This document shows, piece by piece, positions 1-13,300 of a stretch of 57,762 bases of DNA. Where the stretch lies: the NCBI GenBank assembly GCA_910584815.1, contig CAJUBT010000008.1, positions 1 to 57,762 on the forward strand. Direction: 5' to 3'. The notes beneath the pieces are model-generated. The model saw nothing but the letters and a program-made list of their open reading frames with translations, did not search any database and was not told the DNA's origin. The translations under genes were made by a program, and so were the position numbers. How positions within the stretch are numbered: the first letter of the stretch is position 1; every line of letters begins with the position of its first letter. The stretch is from an uncultured Christensenella sp. GTDB taxonomy: Bacteria; Bacillota; Clostridia; Christensenellales; UBA1242.

Positions 1-223
1 TAAAACATACCCCATAACAATTAAAAAATCTAAAAGAAAACCCAAATCCCATAAAACATATTAAAATTCCTGTTGACTTTCTTTTAAAGAATTAATAAAA
101 TATTAATGTTAACTTATTTAATGGAATTTTGTTTATAGTTGTTTCAATTTAATTTTTATTACTAAAAATTAGATTTACAAAATTTACACCTATATAAAAT
201 TTATCTTTCTTTATAACTTATAT

Positions 224-298
224 GCTAATGTGGCTCAGGGGTAGAGCACGTCCTTGGTAAGGACGGGGTCGCGGGTCCGATTCCCGCCATTAGCTCCA
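224..298 (+). tRNA. tRNA-Thr (anticodon GGT), CCA encoded
   Basis: Cloverleaf read by eye: acceptor GCTAATG/CATTAGC, D arm GCTC-AGGGGTA-GAGC, anticodon arm CGTCC-TTGGTAA-GGACG, variable GGGTC, T arm GCGGG-TCCGATT-CCCGC, discriminator T then CCA. Confidence 0.9.
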
Positions 299-312
299 AA
301 TTGAAAAAATAT

Positions 313-342
313 AAAAGCATTCTCTAATAGGAATGCTTTTTT
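313..342 (+). terminator. Rho-independent terminator after tRNA-Thr
   Basis: 10-bp stem AAAAGCATTC/GAATGCTTTT with 8-nt loop, running into a T tract. Confidence 0.6.
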
Positions 343-582
343 AATTTAATAATTTTCTAAAAAAATTGAATAAAAGCAAAATGTAAAATTAGAAGGAAGA
401 ATTATTATTAATTGTTTTGTAAAAAATTTGAAAAGTTATTTTAGTTTGTTTATTTTTTTAATTTTTAAATATTGGATGATTTTATTGTTTGTTTATCTTT
501 TAAAAAATAAATATAATAAGTATATAAATTGTAAAAAAGATAACATTCTTGGATATATGTTAAATTTTTGAGGAGTTAGTTA

Positions 583-1374
583 ATGAATAAGAGAAAAGAT
601 ATAATGGATGAATTTTATAGCAATCATAATGAAGATGTAAGACTTATTAAAAGTTATCACGGTCAACTTGAATATTTTACTACAATGACTTATATTCATA
701 AATTTCTAAAACCAAATATGAAGGTTTTAGAAATTGGGGCAGGAACAGGAAGATATTCAGTTGTGCTTGCAAAAGAATGTTTAGAAGTTACAGCAATAGA
801 ATATGTTGAAAAGAATGTAGAAGTTTTAAAACAAAACTCTAGAGGATTAAATAACTTATTTGCATTTCAAGGGGATGCTGTTAATTTGGAAAAGTTTTGT
901 GATAACACTTTTGATATGGTGCTAAGTTTAGGTCCATTATATCACCTTTATTCAAGAGAAGAGCAAGAAAGAGCTATTGATGAAGCAATTAGGGTTGCAA
1001 AAGGGAATGGAATTATTATGTTTGCCTATATTCCCGTATCATCGTTTATTTTTGGTAGTTATATGAATGGGAACCTGAAATATGGCTTAAGTCAAAACTT
1101 TGATGAAAATTTTAATGTTTTACATTTTCCAGAACAAAAATTTACAGGCTTTGATATTAACGAGTTTGAGTTGATGTTAAGGAATAAAAACATTGAGAAG
1201 TTGAATTCTTTAACAACAGATGGCATTTTAAGCATTGTTGAAAACACAAAAGATTTTAAAATGTCGAATGAAGATTTTGAACTTTTTAAAACTTATCATT
1301 TACATATTTGTGAAAAACCCGAAATGCAGGGAATGGCTAACCATATGTTATATATTTGCAAAAAAATTAAATAG
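583..1374 (+). CDS. Class I SAM-dependent methyltransferase
   Basis: 263-aa ORF. GAGGAG RBS 8 nt upstream. Motif I VLEIGAGTGRYS followed by an acidic motif II region. Confidence 0.8.
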   Translation: MNKRKDIMDEFYSNHNEDVRLIKSYHGQLEYFTTMTYIHKFLKPNMKVLEIGAGTGRYSVVLAKECLEVTAIEYVEKNVEVLKQNSRGLNNLFAFQGDAVNLEKFCDNTFDMVLSLGPLYHLYSREEQERAIDEAIRVAKGNGIIMFAYIPVSSFIFGSYMNGNLKYGLSQNFDENFNVLHFPEQKFTGFDINEFELMLRNKNIEKLNSLTTDGILSIVENTKDFKMSNEDFELFKTYHLHICEKPEMQGMANHMLYICKKIK

Positions 1375-1516
1375 TTTTATTTTCAAAAATATTATTTAAA
1401 TAAAAGGTTTTTATTATATAAAAAATAATAAAGAAAAAATAAAAAAACTTAACTTTAAAAATTTTTAAGTTAAGTTTTTTTAATTTGTATTTAATTAAAA
1501 TAAATTATTAAATTTA

Positions 1517-2113
1517 TTATTTCTTTGCCTTTTTTCTTTTAAGATTAGACCATAAAATAATTATTATTTCAATTGGAATGCCAAGAATAAAAATCATCCA
1601 CATTTTATAGGCAAGGAACTGAATAAAAACTGCAATTAAAATTGTCCACACCATTATGCTTTGTAGGTAAACGGAATATTCCTTTTTCCCCCAAAACATA
1701 TTTGCAATAACTGCAACAATTGCTGTTGTAGGCACAGCCCAAACAAAAATTTTCCAATAGGTTATATGTAAAATTATATCGGAGTAAACAAAAATTATGG
1801 TTGCAAGTAACCAAACAATAGAAATAGCAAGAAGAGTTGTAATTAAGTGGTTACCCATTTGGGATTTTGTGTATTGCTTTTCTTTTTCTCTCTTATCTTC
1901 AGTGCTGATAAGGTAGTCGAAGGACACATTAAATAAATCACAAATTTTAAGAAGAATATCTATGTCTGGTAAGGTGTCTCCGCGTTCCCAGCGAGAAACT
2001 GCTTTATCGGAATAATTAAGTTTTTCGGCAAGTTCTACTTGCGTTAATTTATTTGTTTTTCTTAATTCGCAAATGTTATTTGCAATTATCTTTTTTATAT
2101 CTTTTTCTTCCAT
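1517..2113 (-). CDS. XRE-family HTH regulator with C-terminal multi-pass membrane domain
   Basis: N-terminal HTH (LTQVELAEKLNYSDKAVSRWERG) followed by about 4 hydrophobic helices. There is no SD. TATAAT lies 6 nt upstream of the ATG, which suggests a leaderless mRNA. Confidence 0.75.
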   Translation of the reverse strand: MEEKDIKKIIANNICELRKTNKLTQVELAEKLNYSDKAVSRWERGDTLPDIDILLKICDLFNVSFDYLISTEDKREKEKQYTKSQMGNHLITTLLAISIVWLLATIIFVYSDIILHITYWKIFVWAVPTTAIVAVIANMFWGKKEYSVYLQSIMVWTILIAVFIQFLAYKMWMIFILGIPIEIIIILWSNLKRKKAKK

Positions 2114-2615
2114 ATTTGCATTATATCATTATAAATGTGTTAAAAACAAGTGTTTTTAATCTTTTTTTCTCAAAATCTACAAAGGTGAGAATTGCTATTT
2201 CTCCTAATCACCATCACAGTAGAGTTAAGTTTTAAAATCTCAAAACGGTAGATTGAATTTGTTAAAATTCTGTTGTATTATATAATATATAAATTTGTGG
2301 GGTTATGCACTAAATTGGCAGAAAATATAATAACTCAAACAAATTTGTATGAAGTTAAATTAAAAAATATTACTTTACATAATAAAAATTAAATTAACTT
2401 TTTAAATTGAAATTAAAGCACTAACAAAAAATTAAAATACAACTTAAAGTTTTAAAATTTTAGGATTAAGGTTTTGTTTAAAAATATAGATAAAAAGACA
2501 TTTTAAATTTTACCAAAATAAATTAATTTTAAATTATAAAGAGTTAGCAATTAAATTAGTTAGAAAAATTAAAAATAGTTTTTTAAAAAATTTAGAAAAA
2601 GGAGAGAACAAGAAA

Positions 2616-5600
2616 ATGAAAAATAAATTAAACATTTTAAAGTGTTTTATTCTTATTATTATTTCAGCATTTACTTTAAGTGGTTGTTCTCTTATGGATA
2701 TATTATTTCCAACCGATGAAGTTGAAAAATTTAGTTTTAGTGGTTATGTGTTTGCCGATAATGTTGCATTGCCACAAGCAAAGGTTTCTTGTGGAGTAAC
2801 TGAAACGGTTACTGATGAAAGAGGTTTTTATAGTTTTTCTGGTTTAACAAAAGTTGTTCAAGTTCAGGTTAGTAAGGAAGGTTACTTTTTTGATGATTCT
2901 TTAGTTTATGTTAAGAGTAACCGAAATGATGTTAACTTTGAAGGTAACGAATATTTTGATATAAGTGGCATTGTTAAAAATGGTGATGTTAATGTTGTTG
3001 GTGCAGAGGTTACTATAGTTAGCAATGCAGGAACATATAAATCGGTAACAAATAATTTAGGTAATTTCTATTTCTCTAATATAGCAGGCAAAGCAAGCGT
3101 TAGTGCTAAGTTTGAAGATGTTTCTTTTTTTACAAAAGAAATTGATAAAGAAAGCGAATTTGTAACAATAAATTCGGCTATAAATATTACAGGAAAAATT
3201 GTTTGTGATGAAGAGGCAACTGCACAAGATTTTAATTTGAAATTAAACGATGAAATAGTTAAAGATGCTATTAAAGTAAAAGAAGGTAAGCTATTTTTTA
3301 ATTTAAACAATGTTGTGCCAAATTCCGTTGTAAAACTTGAAAGTGAAAATTATTTTGTAGAAAATGACACAATTATTGTTACAGATGAAAATGAAATTAG
3401 TTTTAATTGTGAAAAATTTTATTCTGTTAGTGTTGAAGCAATAAGTGGTGAAACGAAACTGCAAAACGCCATTGTTACTAAAAATGGAGAAGTTGTTGCC
3501 GAAACTAAAGTTGATGGAAAATATGTTTTAAATAATTTACACGGTGAAAATGTTTTTGGTGCTACGTTAAATGGTTTTGTTTTTGAAAATAAAATAAGCA
3601 ATGCTAAAAATACAGAAATAAAATTAATTGGCAAATTTAATTTGCAAATTAATGTTGCCACAGATAATAACCAATTTGAAAATATTAAAATTTTTGTAAA
3701 TGAAAACTGTGTTGATGTTTTAAATTCTTCTTTAGTTTTTAATGAAGTTGAACTAAATAGCATTGTAACAGTTTTAACCGATGATTATTATATTTCAAAC
3801 TCAGTTATAGAAATAGAAAGCTTAGAACCTGTAACTATAAATTTATTTAAATTTTACTCTTTAAACTTACTTGCGACCTTTAATGGAAATGCTTTACCTC
3901 AAACGAATGTAACCATAAATGGTGAAGCCTATGAATTAAACACAAATGGTGAATTGGTTGTGGATAACTTGTATGGCGAAAATTTGTTAGAATTAAGTTT
4001 AAATGGTTATAAATTTGATAGCTACATAATTAACTTTAACACAAATATAATTAACGCTGTTGCTAAAAAGTTGTTTAACTTAAATGGCAAGGTGCTTAGT
4101 GGTAATTTGTTAATAGAAAATGCAAAAGTTGAAATTAATGGTTTAGAAACATTAACTAACGCTAATGGAGAATTTAGCTTTGAAAATTTGTTTGAAGATG
4201 GCAACATTTTTGTTACAAAACAAGGTTATAATGTAGCAGAAATTCACTTTGATATTGATGGTGAATATGTTGAAATTAATTTAACTTATAATGTTACTGG
4301 CAAAGTTATGTGTGGTGATAACTTAGTTAGCGGAGTGAAGGTTAGTTGTGGAGATATTACAAGCATAACAGAAGAAGATGGAACTTTTACTTTACAGAAT
4401 TTGCAGGGTGAAGCAGAAATTGTTTTTGAAAAAGAGTATTATAACATTCAATCAATAACAACCATTTTTGGCGAAGATGTTATTGCTAATGCAACTTTTT
4501 ATATAGTTGGTTTGGTAACAGATAGCACAGGTAACCCAATAGATAATTTGTTAATTATTTTAAGCGATGTTATAAACAACGAAACTCAAACAGTTTACAC
4601 AAATAATGGTAATTATGAATTTAACAATTTAACAAGCGAATATCTTTTAACCTATGAAGAAGTAGACTTTACTTTAAAACCAAATTATCATACAGTAACA
4701 GTTGGTGGGGAATATAATTTTTCAAATAGCGGCTATGGTTTTAGTGGTAGGGTTATGTGTGGAAACAATGCAGTTTCAAATGTTTTAATAACTGCTGGAG
4801 ACAAAACAACTTATACTGATGCACAAGGTTACTATACATTTGCTTTAATTACTAAAGAAACAACTTTAACTTTATATAAAAAAGGTTATACCTTTAACAA
4901 TAATAACCTTAACATTAGTGATGTATATGATGGCAGAGATGATGTTAACTTTACCTGTTCCTATAGCATTTTGGGCAAAATTATTAGTGGTAATACTCCA
5001 ATAGAAAATGCAAAAGTTAGCATTAATGGCAGAGAAACATTATCCGATAATAACGGAAATTATGAAATTGACAATTTAGAAGGCAATGGCAATATTGAAA
5101 TTTCAAAGCAAGGTTATACCTTTATTGGGGAAACTTTTGTTGATGGTTATAACACTTTCAATTTCAAAGCTTATTATGCTGCTGTTTATAAAGTAGTAAC
5201 AGGAACCATAAGTGTTAAGGGTGTGCAAGTTACTTTAAATGATAATGTTTATACAACAGATGAGAATGGAATTATAGAAATTGATAATGCTGAAATAGGT
5301 TTTATTATAACACTTTCAAAACAAGGCTATAACTTTACAAATGTAACATTAAATGGTTATGAAGAAAATCCAGTAGAAATTAATTGCTCTTATAATGTAA
5401 CTGGTGTGGTTTATAGTGGAACAGAAGTTGTTGAAAATTGTTTGGTTACAGTGGGAAATTTAAATGTTTTTACTAATGCTAGTGGGGAATTTTCTTTTAA
5501 TGGTTTAGTGGGGGAAAATATTATAACCTACTCCTTAGAAAATTTCCAATTTGAAGATAGTTTAGTTAAAGCCCCAATAAATTTAGAAGTTTATGCAAAG

Positions 5601-7346
5601 TATTCTGTAACAGGTGTTGTTAAAGTTGGAGAAACTTTTTTAAGCAATGTAACCGTAACAGCTGGCAAATTTACAACAACCACAAATGGTGCAGGAAGGT
5701 TTGAAATTTCTGGACTTACAACCAGAGTAACTATAGTTTTGGAAAAAGAAGGTTACGAATTTGAGGGTAATTTTGAAGTAAACTCTCCTTGCAATTTAGA
5801 ATTTTTTGCAACTTATAGCATATGTGGCTATGTTACAAGCGGTTCTACTGGTGTTGAAGGGGTATTAGTAACTTCTAGCCTTGGCGGGAAGGGAATAGAA
5901 ACGAATATAGATGGTTTTTATAAAATTACAGGTCAAACAGGTATTGTAACCTTAACTTTTGAAAAAGATGGTTATAAAACTCATACCTCACAAGAAATTA
6001 ATGGATACATAAACAACCTTAACATTAATTTAAGTTATAGTGTTGTTATAAATTTCTCTGGCGTGGAAGATTTTAGTGGTATATATATTAGTGTTAATGG
6101 AGTTAGAAAAGAATATTCCGCCAGAACTGTAACAATAAGCGATTTAACTGGAACAAACAATTTAAAATTTAGCAAAACTGGTTACTCTTTAACACCAAGC
6201 GAATACGGCGTTGAAGGCTATACAGTAATTAACATTACAATTGTGCGTTATTACGAAGCAAACTTTACAGTTAAAACTGATAATGATATAATGATAGATG
6301 ATGTTACTTTACAAGTTGGAACAAAGCAAGCCCAAAGCTTAGGCAATGGAAAGTATATCGCAAGTGAACTTAGTGGTAAAATTAATGTGTTTGTAGATTT
6401 ATCAGTTAAAGATAGTTCTGGTAATAGCATTTACTCAAAACGCATTGCAGGCCCAACAATCGATAGCGAAGGTAATTACAACATTATTGTTAATAATTCA
6501 GATTACGCATATTTTATGTTTGTGCGTGCTTATCAGCGTTTAAGAGAAAGTTATGCCTACAGAGTTAGTGTTAATGGTGTTGTTACCCCACAAACAAGTT
6601 TAGCAGGAAAACAAAAAGTGGGAATGACCTATAAAAAAGTTGGTGATGAAAGATTATACGAAAATTTAAACTTTGGTAATGGTGCCGCTGGAGTTGAGCC
6701 AAAAGTTAGTGTGTTAACTTATACAAACTTTAAAACTAAAAAAGTTAAATACGAAATGGTTAAAGGCGATAGCAACGTAAAAGATAACTTAACCGCAAAT
6801 TATAGTTGCAATTTTACAGAAACCGATTATCAAGGCTACCAAAGCAAATTTGGAATTTCGCCAGAGGGGTTCTTCCCATATAACATAACAAACGATACAA
6901 TAAAACTTGGCACAATGTCTAATTTAAGTTATAATAATAACCAGTATCAGTTTACAGTTCAGTTCGGAACAGGGAAAAGTTCCCCTGCTAACGATTTGGT
7001 TATTGCTAACTACAGAACATTAATGAACGAAATGGTAAAAGGTCAATCTATAAAACAATATAACTATATAAAACTAACTTTTGTTTTTGATGAATTAGGC
7101 AATATAAAAACTTTTAGCACTAACGAACAATATGTTGTTGTTGCTCCAATTGTTGGAGATATAGATACAAATGGAGAAATTGCCTACATATACACAACAA
7201 GTAACGATGAAAGTATAAATAAAATAGATATTTCAAGTAATAGTGCAATTCGCAACACAATTAACGAAACCTTGCCACAAGAAACAAAAAACACAATAGA
7301 AACTATTAACACTTACATTTTAAATAAAAGGAGAGAACTAGTATGA
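2616..7346 (+). CDS. Giant surface lipoprotein with many carboxypeptidase-regulatory-like (CarboxypepD_reg / Cna-B-like) beta-sandwich repeats
   Basis: 1576-aa ORF with GGAGAG RBS, signal peptide and lipobox LSGC. The motif G.V..G...V.GA.V......T...G.F.F.NL.G.....K.GY recurs about every 85-90 aa. The stop overlaps the next start (ATGA). Confidence 0.8.
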   Translation: MKNKLNILKCFILIIISAFTLSGCSLMDILFPTDEVEKFSFSGYVFADNVALPQAKVSCGVTETVTDERGFYSFSGLTKVVQVQVSKEGYFFDDSLVYVKSNRNDVNFEGNEYFDISGIVKNGDVNVVGAEVTIVSNAGTYKSVTNNLGNFYFSNIAGKASVSAKFEDVSFFTKEIDKESEFVTINSAINITGKIVCDEEATAQDFNLKLNDEIVKDAIKVKEGKLFFNLNNVVPNSVVKLESENYFVENDTIIVTDENEISFNCEKFYSVSVEAISGETKLQNAIVTKNGEVVAETKVDGKYVLNNLHGENVFGATLNGFVFENKISNAKNTEIKLIGKFNLQINVATDNNQFENIKIFVNENCVDVLNSSLVFNEVELNSIVTVLTDDYYISNSVIEIESLEPVTINLFKFYSLNLLATFNGNALPQTNVTINGEAYELNTNGELVVDNLYGENLLELSLNGYKFDSYIINFNTNIINAVAKKLFNLNGKVLSGNLLIENAKVEINGLETLTNANGEFSFENLFEDGNIFVTKQGYNVAEIHFDIDGEYVEINLTYNVTGKVMCGDNLVSGVKVSCGDITSITEEDGTFTLQNLQGEAEIVFEKEYYNIQSITTIFGEDVIANATFYIVGLVTDSTGNPIDNLLIILSDVINNETQTVYTNNGNYEFNNLTSEYLLTYEEVDFTLKPNYHTVTVGGEYNFSNSGYGFSGRVMCGNNAVSNVLITAGDKTTYTDAQGYYTFALITKETTLTLYKKGYTFNNNNLNISDVYDGRDDVNFTCSYSILGKIISGNTPIENAKVSINGRETLSDNNGNYEIDNLEGNGNIEISKQGYTFIGETFVDGYNTFNFKAYYAAVYKVVTGTISVKGVQVTLNDNVYTTDENGIIEIDNAEIGFIITLSKQGYNFTNVTLNGYEENPVEINCSYNVTGVVYSGTEVVENCLVTVGNLNVFTNASGEFSFNGLVGENIITYSLENFQFEDSLVKAPINLEVYAKYSVTGVVKVGETFLSNVTVTAGKFTTTTNGAGRFEISGLTTRVTIVLEKEGYEFEGNFEVNSPCNLEFFATYSICGYVTSGSTGVEGVLVTSSLGGKGIETNIDGFYKITGQTGIVTLTFEKDGYKTHTSQEINGYINNLNINLSYSVVINFSGVEDFSGIYISVNGVRKEYSARTVTISDLTGTNNLKFSKTGYSLTPSEYGVEGYTVINITIVRYYEANFTVKTDNDIMIDDVTLQVGTKQAQSLGNGKYIASELSGKINVFVDLSVKDSSGNSIYSKRIAGPTIDSEGNYNIIVNNSDYAYFMFVRAYQRLRESYAYRVSVNGVVTPQTSLAGKQKVGMTYKKVGDERLYENLNFGNGAAGVEPKVSVLTYTNFKTKKVKYEMVKGDSNVKDNLTANYSCNFTETDYQGYQSKFGISPEGFFPYNITNDTIKLGTMSNLSYNNNQYQFTVQFGTGKSSPANDLVIANYRTLMNEMVKGQSIKQYNYIKLTFVFDELGNIKTFSTNEQYVVVAPIVGDIDTNGEIAYIYTTSNDESINKIDISSNSAIRNTINETLPQETKNTIETINTYILNKRRELV

Positions 7347-10300
7347 AAAATTTTAAAACCTTCATTTGCATTGCAATTTGTTTAGTTGCTAGTTTTGCTG
7401 TTCTCCTCCTTTCCCCTTTTACCATAAACGCTTTTGCAGGTGTTGAAGATGCTGGTAAGAGTTATGCACAAAACACTCAAACAAGGTTTTTAACAATTAA
7501 CAATAACAAAACCGTTTTGTTTGATGACCATATAGAAAATTTATACACAATTAGTTCTTGTAACAATAGCACCAGTGGCGGTAATAGTGGCGATATTAGT
7601 TACGATAAAAATAATAAATCAATTAAGTTTACAACTTCTTCTAATGCAATAGATAAAAAGAACCCAAGAATAGAAACTGCCTTTAAACTTAATGGTAAAT
7701 ATAAAAGGGCAGTGGAAAAAGGCTTAATAACTGTTACTTTAAAGGTTAAGGTAGAAAATAAAAACGCTTCCACCGAAATTGGTTTTCAAGAAGGAACAAT
7801 TAACACAAACGGAGGAGATGGTTTTTCAGGCTGGAATTCTAAGAATGGAAGTTATGCTACCGTAAAAGATTTAGGTTCTTTGCAAAAAGAAGGAGATAAC
7901 TATGTTCTTAGTTTTGTTCCAACAACTACCGACATCTTATTAGTTTTTGCAAATAATAAAAGTGGTGGCGGAATTAACACAAACGAATTAACTATAACAA
8001 ATCCAACCATAGAATTAACTCGTAATGCTTCCCCAACTATAAATATTAGTGACCTTTTAGTTAATGGGAAAGTTTCCGATTCTAGTTGGACTGCTCAAGC
8101 AAAAACTTTAACCTTTAATGTATCTGATAATAATTTTGGAATAGATTATGTTACAATTAATGGCGAAAAAGTTGAATGTGATGAAAACAGCATAAACAAT
8201 GATACTTTAAAAACATATTCATATCTTGTAAATTCAATAGCAGAAACTAACTATACAATAACCGCTTACGATTATTTAGGTGGAACAACATCGGTTAGCA
8301 AAAAAGTTGGTTTTGTAGATTCTCAAGATGTTAGCGATGTTACTATTAATGCAGAAAATTCTTATCACGAAAAAAACATAACAATAGATATATCTTTTGA
8401 AGAAGACACCACTCATAGCCACGATAGTGTTTATTACACTTTAATAGATAATTCTACTGGGGAAGACCCAACTCCAAACCCAAATGATACAACTGGTAAA
8501 ACTAAAGAGGTTCCTCATCAAAATGGAAGATATACATTTAATTTTTCTTTTGAATTTGATGGAGAATATACTTTAACTATTTTAATTTGCGATGAAGCTG
8601 GTCATCAAAAAACATTTTCAAAAACCTTTACAATAGATAGTGTTAAGCGTAGAGTTAATGTTACAAGTCATAATGGTACATATAATATAACAGGCGTTTA
8701 TAGCGATGAGCAAGGATATTACACTTGGAACGGAGAAAGTATCACCTTAACTTACAACGCTAACGAAAACTTTAATTTTTACAAACTTCTTCGTAATGGT
8801 AGCGAAATGCAAACTAATGGCAGTGTTTATAATTACACTTGTAAAGATGCTGATATTAATATAGAAATTTTTAATAGATTTGTTGTTGATTTAAACGCAG
8901 TTGAAAGTTATGAATTTAGTGAAGATGGCACAAATTTAATTTATTCTTTAAATTCAAATTATTTGGTAAATGTTTTATCTAGGGAAGAATTGTCTAACAT
9001 TTTACAAGAAAATTTAGATGGTTTAACAGAAGAAGAAATACTACAAAAAGTTGATAGTTTAATAAATTCAAATTTAATTTTAACAATTAAAACAAATGGC
9101 TTTGTGGCAGATAGCATATATAACGTTGGCTCATATTTTGTTAGTTATAAAATAGACACACCAAATTTTACAGGTTCTAATAGTTTTAACATTTTAGTTA
9201 CTCCTAAAATTTTGCAAGTGGAATTTTTAGAAAATAATTTTACTTATAATGGTAAGGTTCAAAATGTTAATTTTGTTCAAATACCAAACCAAACTGTAAA
9301 TGTAAAATATTATTCAGTTTTGGAAGATGGCTCTGTTAGCAGCACGGAAACTTCACTTTTAAATGCTGGAACTTATAAAGCAGTTTTAACTTTAAATAAT
9401 GCTAACTATACGCTTTCTAATGGAGAAATAATTTTAACAATTAATAAAAAACAAGTTGAAGTTAAGGTAGAAAATACCACCTTCAAATATAATGCAAACA
9501 ATCAAAACATAATATATTCCCTAACAGAAGATATAGATTGTGTTGTTAATTATTTTAATAATGATGGCAATTTAGTTAACAATTTTAAAAATGCTGGAGA
9601 ATATTCCTATTCAGTTTTACCTTTAGATGAAGTTAATTATGAATTTATAAATAATTCTGGTAAATGCACAATTTTAAAAATTACAGCAAACATTCAAGTT
9701 AATAAAATTGTTTATGATTATACTGGTAATGCTTTAACATTAATTTATTCTGTTACAGATGAAAATGGTGAAGAAGTAATAGTTAACAATTTAACCATAA
9801 CCTATTTTGTTAATGGAGAAGTTGCAAATTTTATCGAACCAAATAATTACTCTTTTAGTTTTGATACAATAGATAGAGATAACTATATTTTAGGTGGCAC
9901 ACTAACAGGAACTGCAACAATTAAGAAAACTAAAATATTTGTTTTTGTTTCTAATACAGAATACGAATATACAGGCAGTGAAATAAAATTAAATTATTAT
10001 TTCTTGAACGAAGAGAATGAAAAGTTAGATGCCCTTAATAATATTTCTCTTGAATTTATAAAAAATGGGCAAGTTACAAACTTTATTGATTGTGGCGAAT
10101 ACGAATATAATTTTGTAACAAGCGATGTTAATTATGAAATTATTTTTAATAACAAAACATCCTTAACCATAGTTCCTGCAGTTTTAAATGTTCAAGTTTT
10201 AAATAATACCTATACCTATAATAGTTTAGGAAATTTATTAAACTATGTAATATTGTCAAATAATAATGTGAACTTTACAGATAATGAAAACATAATTTTA

Positions 10301-13300
10301 AGCATAACCAAAAATGGCGAAACAGCTTCATTATTAAATGTTGGCATTTACGAATATTCTTTTATATCTAATAACCAAAACATTATTTTAAATTCTGGCG
10401 ATATAACTGGAACAATAGAAATTACTTCAAAATTAGTTTATTTACAAAATGTTGTTGATAGTTATAGTTATACTGGTGAAGAATTAATTTTTAATTATAC
10501 ACTAAGTGAAAATATTGCTGTTAATGTTGAAATAGATACTTTAATTAACGCTGGTAGTTATAACTATATTGTAACAGCTTGCGATAGTAATTATGAAATA
10601 GTTAATGGAACAGGCTCTGTAGTTGTAACTCCAAAATCTATACAAGTTTTAAATATCTCAACCAACTATACATATACAGGTAACAATGTTGAAGTAACTT
10701 TTGATTTGGAAGAAGATATTGAAACTTATGTTACTTTTAAAAATGCTAACAATCAAAATGAAGAGCTTTTAAATAACATTGTTAATGCTGGCAATTATAA
10801 CATATTTATAACTCCTATTAACCAAAACTATGTGGTAGATTCTTCAAACATTATAATTACTATCAATGCAAAGCAAGTTGAAATTAATGTAACAAACACC
10901 ACTCAAACCTACAATAAAACAAATAAACAGATATCAGTAGAAGTAGAAAATAATGTGCCTTATGTTGTAACCTACTATAATGAAAAGGGTGAAGAAGTTA
11001 AAAACACAACCAATGCTGGCACTTATAACTTTGTTGTAAGTTTAACTAATTCAAACTATATTGCTAACTGCACAGGCACTTTGGTTGTAGAAAAATTAAA
11101 TGCATATTTAACAGTTGTTGCCGACCAATATAAAGTTTATGGTGATGTAAATGAAGAAAATTATGCTTATGCTTTAAACGGCGTTGTGGAAGGCGACGTT
11201 ATAGATGTTGTGTTAACTCGTAACGCAGGCGAAGCTGTTGGTTATTATCAAATTAATTTACAAAGTTATAATAACCCAAACTATAACCTAATTTATAGCC
11301 CAGTTAATTTTAAAATAATTGCAAAAAAACTTATTATTGTTGCAAATAATGTTACAAAAACTTACGAAAGTTTAGATGAAGAATTAACTTATAAAATAAC
11401 TTTTGGTGAACTTGTTAATAACGATGTATTATTAGGTAACCTTGAAAGAGAAGAGGGCGAAGATGTTGGCGTTTATAACATTAACATTGGAACCTTACAA
11501 ACACTAAACCCTAACTATCAAATTATTTTCAAAAAAGCAAATTTCACAATTATCCCTAGCGACCTTAAAATTAAAATAAATAATATAGAAACTACTTATG
11601 GAACCGAAGTTGCACTATCTTTCAGTGCAGAAAGAAGTTTTAACGAAACTATGGTAACTGGCGAAATTGCAAGGGAAGAAGGTTTTGATGCTGGCACCTA
11701 TTTAATTACAAAAGGTACTTTGCAAAGTAAAAATTATAATTTAATTATAACTAATGGAACTTATACAATAAATCCAAAGTCTGCTTTTGTAACTGCACAA
11801 AATTTAACAAAAACTTATGGTGAAGAAGATAACTTAAATTACACAGTAATAGGGCTTTTAAATAATGATGTTCTAAAAGGAGCATTAGGCAGAGAAACTG
11901 GCGAAGATGCTGGAACTTATTTAATAAATTTAGGAACTCTTCAAACTTTAAATCCTAATTATTTATTTAATTTGCAAGAAGCATATTATACCATAAATAA
12001 AGCCATTTTAACAGTTAATATTGCTAACCAAACTCAAGTTTATGGCGAAGAAGAAAAAGAACTTACTTATACAATTAATGGTTTAAAATTTAACGATGAA
12101 ATTAATTTTAAATTATTTAGAGAAAGTGGTTTAGATGTTGGAGAATATCAAATTGCTTGTGGCATTCCACAACTTAACAACTATTATGTTCTATTAAACA
12201 GCGGAAAATATACAATAACAAAAGCCAAAATAAGCCCTGTTTTAGTTGCTGAAACTTCAACATATAACGGCAAAGCACAAAATTTCACCAACACCAATTT
12301 CCCATACGAACTTGAATATACCTATAAATTAAATGGTATACAAGTTGACAGTGTTATAAATGCTGGAACTTATTTAGTTCAAGGATATTTTGCAGGTAAT
12401 AATAACTATGAACCAGCAAAAAGTAACGCAGTAACTTTTACAATTAACAAAGTTTCAGTTTGTTTTAATTTAGGTAATAATAACTTTGTTTACGATGGCG
12501 AAGTAAAATCTCCATATTTTTCTTTCGATTCTTCACTTGGGTTATCTTCAAATGCAATAACTTTTGAATTTGAAAATAATGCAATACCAAGAGAAGTTGG
12601 TTCTTATCCTTTCACTATTTTAGTAAATGATGATAACTACACAGGTTTTGCTAGCGGTGTTTTAAACATAACAAAACCTGTAACTATTGTAGGTGATGAT
12701 TCAATTATAGAATGTGAAGATGCAGTTTTTGATAGCACCATTTCAAACCTAAAACTTGTTAGTCACGTTTTTAATGGAAAATTTAATAATCAACAAGTTT
12801 TACAGGCTTGCACATTTGAAAACACTTCAGGTATAGATGAAAGCCACATCTTTACAGTAAGAATGCGTGCCAAAACAAGTGATAGCAATGTTTATGTTTA
12901 TAAAATAGATAAAAATAATGTTGCAAGCGAAGTTGTTGTTTCTGTTCAAGATGGGTATTATGTATTTAAGGTAGATGGGTTAGATTGTCAATACATAATA
13001 ACAAAAGATATTGAACCAATGTCCCTTATAACAATTGCTGTAATTATTGCTGTTTCAATTATAGTTTTAGTTGCAATAGTAATAGCCTTTAAAGTTAGGA
13101 AAAACCGCAAAAAGAAATTAGCACTAAAAATGGCAAATAACAATGCTACAATTAGCCTAGAAACAGTTACAACTGAAAACAATAACTTAAACGATAAAAA
13201 TAAAAAGAACAAAAAAGTGCGAGTAGATAATGTTATTTCAAGTGCGTTAAATAATGGAACTGTTAACACTAATGTTGAAAGCATTTTAGATGCTAATAAA